Positions 57,742 to 64,000 of a stretch of DNA of 64,000 nt are shown here, one piece after another (position 1 is the stretch's first letter; the number at the start of each line of letters is the position of its first letter). The DNA is taken from the IMG/VR virus record IMGVR_UViG_3300043823_000198, positions 32,001 through 96,000 of that record; one strand, given 5' to 3'. The position numbers and the translations under genes were made by a program. Origin of the DNA: a virus. Under the pieces are notes generated by a model, which saw nothing but the letters and a program-made list of their open reading frames with translations, searched no databases and had not been told where the DNA came from.

Positions 57742-58938
57742 ATGTCAATCGAACAAAAAATCGCTGAAATTTTAGCAGAGTCTAGAAAGAAACAATTAGA
57801 CGAAGCTAATCCAGCTACTAAGAACGCAGAACCAGGTGATCAAAAGCCTGTCCACAAAGGTCCAACTTCTGATCAAAGAAGCAAAGAAGTTAAGCCAACT
57901 GGATCTGGCAATACACCAGCTGAACACAGCCACTTATTAGATCAAGGTTCTCATGAAGCCAACCCTGATAACGCACGTGGATTCCTAGATCACGAAGACA
58001 ATCTTGGCAACGAAGGCGACGAAGGCGAAGTAGTGCAGAATGACGTACAAGATAAACGTGGTTCTAATCCAGCTTCTCGTAATGCCGTTGCTGGCGATAA
58101 AGCAGTTGTTCGTAAGGGCAACGCTATTGACCGTGGCGATGAAGAAAAAGGCGATGGACCAATGGTTCCATTTCGTCCAACTGGAAAAGTTAACGACAAG
58201 AAAGATCACAGCGACGAAGGCATTAAAGAAGATATCGATGCTATGTTAGCTGGCGAAGATCTATCAGAAACATTTAAATCTAAAGCTGCTACTATTTTTG
58301 AAGCGGCAGTTATGTCCCGTGTAAACCGTGAAGTTGCACGTTTAGAAGAAGAGTTTGAAGCAACTGTTGCTGAGACAGTTGCCGAACAAATTGAGGGTAT
58401 TGTTGAGCAAGTTGATGGATATCTTGGCTATATTGCCGAGCAGTGGATGGCACAGAATGAAATTGCCCTTGAGCGTGGTGTTAAGAATGAAATTCTTGAG
58501 AGTTTTGTTGGTGGATTGAAAGATCTATTCGAAGAACACTATATTGATATTCCAGAAGAAAAGTATGACCTACTTGGCGAAATGGAAGAAACAATTAGCG
58601 AATTAGAAGAAAAACTAAATGAAGAAGTTGCTACTAATGTTGAATTAACTAAGCTAGTTAGTGAAGCAAAACGTAACGAAATCATTGCTTCTATTAGCGA
58701 AGGTTTAACAGCTACTGAAACTGAAAAGTTCAATAGTCTTGTTAACGAAATCGCCTTTGAAGATACTGAATCTTTTGAAACAAAAGCAAAAACTATCCGT
58801 GAATCTTATTTCGTTAAAACTACATCAGGTGTTAAATCCGTTGTAACTGATGCTCCAGTTGAAGTTCTAACTGAATCTGGCGCTAAAGTTGTTGACGCTA
58901 AAATGTCAGCTTATCTATCAGTGCTTAACAACAAATAA
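57742..58938 (+). CDS. gp22: Prohead scaffold gp22
   Basis: LSETFKSKAATIFEAAV, VDGYL.YIAEQW, LKDLFEEHYI, IRESYF, MSAYL. Confidence 0.95.
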   Translation: MSIEQKIAEILAESRKKQLDEANPATKNAEPGDQKPVHKGPTSDQRSKEVKPTGSGNTPAEHSHLLDQGSHEANPDNARGFLDHEDNLGNEGDEGEVVQNDVQDKRGSNPASRNAVAGDKAVVRKGNAIDRGDEEKGDGPMVPFRPTGKVNDKKDHSDEGIKEDIDAMLAGEDLSETFKSKAATIFEAAVMSRVNREVARLEEEFEATVAETVAEQIEGIVEQVDGYLGYIAEQWMAQNEIALERGVKNEILESFVGGLKDLFEEHYIDIPEEKYDLLGEMEETISELEEKLNEEVATNVELTKLVSEAKRNEIIASISEGLTATETEKFNSLVNEIAFEDTESFETKAKTIRESYFVKTTSGVKSVVTDAPVEVLTESGAKVVDAKMSAYLSVLNNK

Positions 58939-58960
58939 TCAATTAAAAGGAAATCCAAAA

Positions 58961-60265
58961 ATGGATCGTAAAGACTTATTAAAAAAATGGGCTCCAATCC
59001 TTGAACATGAAGGTTCAGCCCCAATCCGCGATAACTATCGTAAAGAAGTTACAGCCGTTCTTCTAGAAAACCAAGAACGTGAAATGCAAAAACAAGCTGA
59101 GGCAATTTTCGAAGCTGCTCCAGCTAACAGCGTTGGTTCATATCCAGACGCTGGTGGTATGGCTAAGTTTGACCCAGTGTTGATCAGTCTAGTACGTCGT
59201 GCTATGCCACAATTGATCGCTTATGATATCGCTGGCGTTCAACCAATGACTCAACCAACTGGTTTGATCTTCGCGATGAAATCACGTTATACTACACAAA
59301 GTGGTACTGAAGCGTTATTCAACGCAGCTAACACTGCTTTCGCAGGTACTGGTACTGATTCTGGACCATTTACTTTCTCTGGTTCAGATACTACTGGTTC
59401 TGGTCTAATTACTTCTGCAGCTGAACGTCTTGGTCAAGGTGGTTCTGGTGATGGTTCTTTTGCTCAAATGGCATTCTCAATCGAGAAGTCAAGCGTAACT
59501 GCTAAGACTCGTGCTCTAAAAGCTGAATACTCAGTTGAATTGGCACAAGACTTGAAATCAGTTCATGGTCTTGATGCTGAAGGCGAACTAAGCAACATTC
59601 TCTCTACTGAGATTCTTGCTGAGATCAACCGTGAAGTTATCCGTACTGTTTACACTTCATCTGTTCCAGGTGCTGCTGTTGGTACTGCTACTGCTGGTAC
59701 TTTCGACTTAGACGTTGACTCTAATGGTCGTTGGTCTGTTGAGAAATTTAAAGGTCTAATGTTCCAAATTGAACGTGAAGCTAACGCTATCGGCGAACAA
59801 ACTCGTCGTGGTCGTGGTAACTTCATCATCACTTCTGCTGACGTTGCGTCTGCATTAGCGATGGCTGGAGTTCTAGACTACAATTCTGGTCTAACAGGTA
59901 AAAACAATCTGACTGTTGATGATACTAGCACTACTTTCGCTGGTGTTCTAAATGGCAAGTACAAAGTTTATGTTGACCCATATACTTCTAACGTATCTGC
60001 TACTCAGTTCTTCGTTGTTGGTTACAAAGGCGCTTCTGCTTTTGATGCTGGCTTGTTCTACTGCCCATACGTTCCATTACAAATGGTTCGTGCTGTTGAT
60101 CCAGAAAGTTTCCAACCTAAGATTGGCTTCAAGACTCGTTACGGTCTAGTTGCTAACCCATTCGTTGATCTAGACGATGGTACTGGTACTTCTGCTCTTG
60201 GTGGCACTATTACTGCTAACAAGAACTACTACTACCGTAAAGTTAAGGTTGTAAACTTACTGTAA
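58961..60265 (+). CDS. gp23: Major capsid protein gp23
   Basis: KWAPIL, LLENQ, DPVLISLVRR, GVQPM, ALKAEYSVELAQDL, FYCPYVPL, GFKTRYG; start reset to ATG 58961. Confidence 0.98.
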   Translation: MDRKDLLKKWAPILEHEGSAPIRDNYRKEVTAVLLENQEREMQKQAEAIFEAAPANSVGSYPDAGGMAKFDPVLISLVRRAMPQLIAYDIAGVQPMTQPTGLIFAMKSRYTTQSGTEALFNAANTAFAGTGTDSGPFTFSGSDTTGSGLITSAAERLGQGGSGDGSFAQMAFSIEKSSVTAKTRALKAEYSVELAQDLKSVHGLDAEGELSNILSTEILAEINREVIRTVYTSSVPGAAVGTATAGTFDLDVDSNGRWSVEKFKGLMFQIEREANAIGEQTRRGRGNFIITSADVASALAMAGVLDYNSGLTGKNNLTVDDTSTTFAGVLNGKYKVYVDPYTSNVSATQFFVVGYKGASAFDAGLFYCPYVPLQMVRAVDPESFQPKIGFKTRYGLVANPFVDLDDGTGTSALGGTITANKNYYYRKVKVVNLL

Positions 60266-60305
60266 TAGTAAGGACAACGGAAACCTACTTAAAGATAGGT
60301 ACTTC

Positions 60306-60331
60306 AAAGGGAGCTTCGGCTCCCTTTTTTT
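60306..60331 (+). terminator. Intrinsic terminator after gp23, C(UUCG)G loop
   Basis: AAAGGGAGC-TTCG-GCTCCCTTTTTTT. Confidence 0.92.
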
Positions 60332-60335
60332 CCAT

Positions 60336-60343
60336 TATAAATA
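60336..60343 (+). promoter_or_regulatory. T4 late promoter for gp3
   Basis: Perfect TATAAATA 5 nt before ATG. Confidence 0.8.
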
Positions 60344-60348
60344 ACAAT

Positions 60349-60870
60349 ATGACAATAACATCTCTACCTGCTGGCTTAAATCCATTATCGCCGAATGGGT
60401 TTAATTTCGCCATTACAAAAATTCCAGACGTAACTTTCTTCTGTCAAGAGGCAAACCTTCCAGGTATTACTCTTGGAGATCCTGCGTTTTCAACTCCATT
60501 TGCAACTGCTCCAATTCCAGGAGATCATCTTTCATACGACACTTTACAAATTAAATTTTTGATCGATGAGCAAATGTTAAACTATAACGTAATCTATAAC
60601 TGGATTGTTGCTCTTGGTTTCCCTAGCTCATACAGCCAATATATAACACTACTATCTGGTGATACGACTGCTTATGGTGACTTGGCAGCGAATTACTCTG
60701 ACGCCACTATGCAGATTCTTGACTCAAATAACAATGCAATTAGAACAATTACATTTACTGATTGTTTTCCAGTTTCTTTAGAATCAGTTACCTTCGCATC
60801 AACTAACGACGGTGTCAACTATCTTGTTGGTTCCGCTACATTTAAATTTACCCTATACGAATTCGCATAA
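60349..60870 (+). CDS. gp3: Tail tube terminator gp3
   Basis: LSPNGF.F, FFCQEANLPGI, IPGD.L.Y, FLIDE, YSDAT.QIL, FPVSL. Confidence 0.93.
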   Translation: MTITSLPAGLNPLSPNGFNFAITKIPDVTFFCQEANLPGITLGDPAFSTPFATAPIPGDHLSYDTLQIKFLIDEQMLNYNVIYNWIVALGFPSSYSQYITLLSGDTTAYGDLAANYSDATMQILDSNNNAIRTITFTDCFPVSLESVTFASTNDGVNYLVGSATFKFTLYEFA

Positions 60871-60900
60871 ATATTAAATTAATGATATATTGAGGTTATT

Positions 60901-61338
60901 ATGAATCTTGAACAATTACAAGAAGCGTGGGACATTGACTGTCAGATAGACGATAACTATCTTGGCGAAACTACTACAGCAACTCCAAAACTCCACGCAA
61001 AGTATTTAAAAATACTGGTCAATATCAAACTCAAGCATACCAAGCTAAGTTCTGATTACAACATACTCCGTAAAAATAAATTCAGACTTTATCGTGGGGA
61101 ACTCTCACGTCAAGAATTAACTGATCTTGGATGGGAACAATGGCAGGGCGTTAAACCATTAAAGAATGAGATGGACGAATTTCTTTCTGGCGACAACGAT
61201 CTTAACGTAATGCGTGTTAAAATTGACTATCTTGAAACAATGATATATTTCCTTGAGTCAGTTCTTGGGCAAATTAAAGCAAGAGACTGGCAAATTAAAA
61301 CAGCAGTTGAATGGAAAAAATTCCTATCTGGAATGTAA
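60901..61338 (+). CDS. uvsY: Recombination mediator UvsY
   Basis: W..DCQID, PKLHAKYL, RDWQIKTAVEW.KF. Confidence 0.93.
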   Translation: MNLEQLQEAWDIDCQIDDNYLGETTTATPKLHAKYLKILVNIKLKHTKLSSDYNILRKNKFRLYRGELSRQELTDLGWEQWQGVKPLKNEMDEFLSGDNDLNVMRVKIDYLETMIYFLESVLGQIKARDWQIKTAVEWKKFLSGM

Positions 61339-62813
61339 TGAAATTAAAAATTGAAAAACTTGATGAGGTCTTTGTTCGTGTCTTTTCAGAACCAGGTATT
61401 GAAAAAGAATTAGTAGACTTCTTTACTTATGAATATCCAGGTGCTAGATTTACACCTCAATTTAGAGCACGTCTATGGGATGGTAAGGTAAGATTATATG
61501 ATGCTCTAAGAAAAACACTTTATCTTGGTTTGGTTCCATACGTTGAACAATTCGCAATTAATAATGGATACGAACTCGAATATGTTAATCAGGTAAACAA
61601 TAAAAACAACATAACACCAGCTGTTATGACTAAGTTCGTTACTGCTCTAAACTTACCAGAAAAGATTGAAATCCGCGACTATCAAATTGAGGCAATGACA
61701 GTTGCCGTTGATGAAGAACGCACACTACTTTTATCGCCAACTGCCTCTGGTAAATCTTTTATTATCTATTCTATCATGCGCTGGCATCTTAACGCTGGAC
61801 GTAAATGCATTATTATTGTTCCAACTACATCGTTGGTTGAACAGTTATATGCTGACTTTAAAGACTACTCAGAAATAAACCAATGGTTAGTTGATGTCCA
61901 TTGTCAAAAACTTTACAGTGGTTTCAGTAAAGATTTTTCTAAAGACGTATTGATTACAACATGGCAGTCTGTCTATCTACAACCAAAGTCATGGTTTAGG
62001 CAGTTTAATGTAATGTTTGGAGATGAGGCTCATAACTTTAAGGCGAAATCCCTTACAACAGTTATGGAAAAGATGGATACTACTCGATATCGTATCGGAA
62101 CCACAGGTACGTTAGATAATAAGAAGGTTCATAAACTTGTTCTGGAAGGTGTGTTCGGTCCAGTCCATAGAGTTACAACTACCAAAAAATTAATGGATAG
62201 TGGAAAACTCGCTGACCTAAATATTATGTGCGTGGTACTGAAATACAATGATGAGATTCGTAAAGAACGAAAAAACAAAACGTACCAAGAAGAAATGGAT
62301 TGGCTTGTGTCTTGCGAACCAAGAAATAAGTTTATTCGAAACTTGGCAATAAAATCTAAAGGTAATACGCTGGTTCTTTTTCAATACGTTGAAAAGCATG
62401 GCAAAGTTCTTTATGATCTAATCAAAAATAAAGTACACGAAGATAGAAAAATATTTTTTGTGTATGGTGGAACTGAAACTTCTGATAGAGAAGCAATCCG
62501 TCATATAACTGAAGGCGAAAGCGATGCGATAATAATTGCATCATTTGGAACCTTTAGTACTGGTATTAATATACCATCAATCGAAAATGTAATTTTTGCT
62601 TCGCCTTCTAAATCCAAGATTAGGAATTTACAATCTATCGGTAGAGGTTTGCGTTTGAAAGATGGGAAAAGTAAGTGTAATTTGTATGATATCGCAGATG
62701 ATCTGCACTGGAAATCTTGGAAAAATCATACATTAAATCATGCAGCAGAGCGTTATAAAACTTACGCTGAAGAAGAGTTTAAAATTAAACTTGTTGAGGT
62801 AGAATTATGTTAA
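61338..62813 (+). CDS. uvsW: SF2 DNA helicase UvsW
   Basis: WDGKVRL, RDYQ, SPTASGKS, DEAH, TTGT, QSIGRGLR; start reset to ATG 61338. Confidence 0.97.
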   Translation: MKLKIEKLDEVFVRVFSEPGIEKELVDFFTYEYPGARFTPQFRARLWDGKVRLYDALRKTLYLGLVPYVEQFAINNGYELEYVNQVNNKNNITPAVMTKFVTALNLPEKIEIRDYQIEAMTVAVDEERTLLLSPTASGKSFIIYSIMRWHLNAGRKCIIIVPTTSLVEQLYADFKDYSEINQWLVDVHCQKLYSGFSKDFSKDVLITTWQSVYLQPKSWFRQFNVMFGDEAHNFKAKSLTTVMEKMDTTRYRIGTTGTLDNKKVHKLVLEGVFGPVHRVTTTKKLMDSGKLADLNIMCVVLKYNDEIRKERKNKTYQEEMDWLVSCEPRNKFIRNLAIKSKGNTLVLFQYVEKHGKVLYDLIKNKVHEDRKIFFVYGGTETSDREAIRHITEGESDAIIIASFGTFSTGINIPSIENVIFASPSKSKIRNLQSIGRGLRLKDGKSKCNLYDIADDLHWKSWKNHTLNHAAERYKTYAEEEFKIKLVEVELC

Positions 62814-63256
62814 CTGGTAACGAATATTATGTTGTAATTAAATTGAACACTGGTGAACAGATCATGGGAGTTCTTGAAACTGAAGATGAAAATATATTTC
62901 AGATTGTTGATCCAATGATTATTAGAACTATACCTGTTATAAGTGAAGGTAGAGAACACATTACAGCTCATCCGTACTGCCAATTCACAGACGATAATGT
63001 ATTTGATATAGATAAGAAGAATGTGATTTTTATTAAACCTCTTAAAGAGATTATGATTCCACATTATAAAAGAATCGTTATGCAACATGTTGCAGAAGGG
63101 GAAGTGCAACAAGAGAGAATTTCTCCTGAAGAAGCAAGAGAGCGCATCAAAATGCTCGTTGACGTTTTCGGACAAAAGCTAGAGGACGAATATGACGAAG
63201 ACCCTGTCCCTGACGAAATGGGATGGTTTGTAGAAGGAAACGATACTAAACACTAA
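62807..63256 (+). CDS. Conserved T4-like hypothetical protein (Sm-like fold plausible)
   Basis: VIKLNTGEQIMG, DPMII; lies between uvsW and gp55. Confidence 0.7.
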   Translation: MLTGNEYYVVIKLNTGEQIMGVLETEDENIFQIVDPMIIRTIPVISEGREHITAHPYCQFTDDNVFDIDKKNVIFIKPLKEIMIPHYKRIVMQHVAEGEVQQERISPEEARERIKMLVDVFGQKLEDEYDEDPVPDEMGWFVEGNDTKH

Positions 63257-63280
63257 TCTATCATCAAACCCAACATGGTT

Positions 63281-63309
63281 ATTATACAGGGTTTCAAAAA
63301 TTAAAGCAA
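63281..63309 (-). promoter_or_regulatory. Sigma70-type promoter pointing antisense, no downstream gene
   Basis: Minus strand TTGCTT-17 nt-TATAAT. Confidence 0.6.
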
Positions 63310-63344
63310 ATTTATTTTAATTGTATTATTGCAATAATTTAAAT

Positions 63345-63373
63345 TTGCTTTATTTATTTGGATGTAGTATACT
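63345..63373 (+). promoter_or_regulatory. Sigma70-type promoter for gp55
   Basis: TTGCTT-17 nt-TATACT. Confidence 0.7.
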
Positions 63374-63408
63374 TCTACTATGTTAAATTTTTAGGATATT
63401 AAAATGTT

Positions 63409-64000
63409 ATGGCTCACTATGTAAACAATGCTGACTTTCTCGCAGCACTTGTTGAGATGAAAGAAAAAATAAAACATGCTGAAGAAAATGGTTTACCTAA
63501 ACCAATTGTTAGCAATTATATTGGTGAGTGTATTTTAAAGATTGCAACACATCTTTCTTACAAACCAAATTTTATAAACTACTCATATCGCGATGATATG
63601 ATTCTAGATGGAATTGAAAATTGCATTCAATACATCGACAACTTTGATCCCACTAAATCTAAAAACCCTTTCGCTTATTTTACTCAAATAATATATTACG
63701 CATTCTTACGTAGAATTGCTAAAGAAAAGAAACAATCTTATATTAAGGGTAAATTAATTCAAAACATGCCTTTTGAAGCGTTTGAGTTGCAGGAACAAGA
63801 TGAGAGTGGAGAATTTCATAATGCCTATCTTGAGTTTATGCAACAAAATAATAATTTTGATGATTTTATTGACAGGAAAAAAGAAAAAGCTGGAAAGAAA
63901 AATCAAAATTCATTGAACGAATTTATTGAAGAGACTGATAATGGGAACATCAACACAATCGATACAACAATGGTTAGCGAACCTGACGGCATCGACTCGG
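63409..64000 (+). CDS. gp55: Late-transcription sigma factor gp55 (runs off the window; absent from ORF track)
   Basis: Hand translation MAHYVNNADFL..YIGECILKIATHLSYKPNFINY..DGIENC..NFDP.KSKNPFAYFTQIIYYAFLRRI.KEKKQ; no stop before 64000. Confidence 0.96.
   Translation, partial: MAHYVNNADFLAALVEMKEKIKHAEENGLPKPIVSNYIGECILKIATHLSYKPNFINYSYRDDMILDGIENCIQYIDNFDPTKSKNPFAYFTQIIYYAFLRRIAKEKKQSYIKGKLIQNMPFEAFELQEQDESGEFHNAYLEFMQQNNNFDDFIDRKKEKAGKKNQNSLNEFIEETDNGNINTIDTTMVSEPDGIDS

Noticed and set aside
49657-62813. Inteins, introns or homing endonucleases in gp17, gp20, gp23 or uvsW
   Set aside because: All are uninterrupted and of ordinary length; no intein, HNH, GIY-YIG or LAGLIDADG motifs seen
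62810-63175. 121-aa minus-strand ORF as target of the antisense promoter
   Set aside because: Lies wholly within the conserved plus-strand gene, has a non-ATG start, no clear SD and shadow-like composition
63344-63352. T4 MotA-box middle promoter (TTTGCTTTA)
   Set aside because: Gap to the -10 element is 15 nt, longer than the usual MotA spacing, while TTGCTT fits a sigma70 -35 at 17 nt; no motA in the window
1-64000. tRNA genes or stop-codon reassignment
   Set aside because: No cloverleaf noticed in the short intergenic gaps (not computationally scanned); core genes are full length in the standard code and TAA, TGA and TAG all end genes

Overview
The window is the core of a T4-like (Tevenvirinae/cyanophage-style) myovirus genome, AT-rich, read in the standard genetic code. 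Order: accessory genes (GroES, GT-like protein, SleB-like hydrolase, ClpP); gp33, gp59, gp32; a minus-strand late block (putative tape measure, gp51, gp26, relocated gp16, holin, gp54, gp2, gp4); a long plus-strand virion block (gp48, 53, 27-like, 5, PAAR, 25, 6, 7, 8, DUF4815-like protein, several fibres, gp13-15, 17-23, gp3); then uvsY, uvsW and a gp55 late sigma factor that runs off the end. The best candidate for an undescribed system is a ~6 kb island inside the tail module (31373-37295). It holds a fibre whose last 73 residues carry all 11 His and all 4 Cys (ending NCRNCNC), an unknown partner, a radical SAM/SPASM maturase, a signal-peptide-less TRAP DctP protein with its own late promoter motifs, and an AsnB/lasso-cyclase-like PP-loop enzyme. 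Together these look like a RiPP-style modification system acting on a virion fibre tip. Other notable signals are a T_TTT_TTT -1 frameshift site joining gp26 and gp51 just before the tape measure, an H-type pseudoknot leader, apparently leaderless late mRNAs, a possible daisy-chain docking code among fibres, and an orphan antisense sigma70 promoter. All family calls come from motif recognition by eye; no database searches were run.
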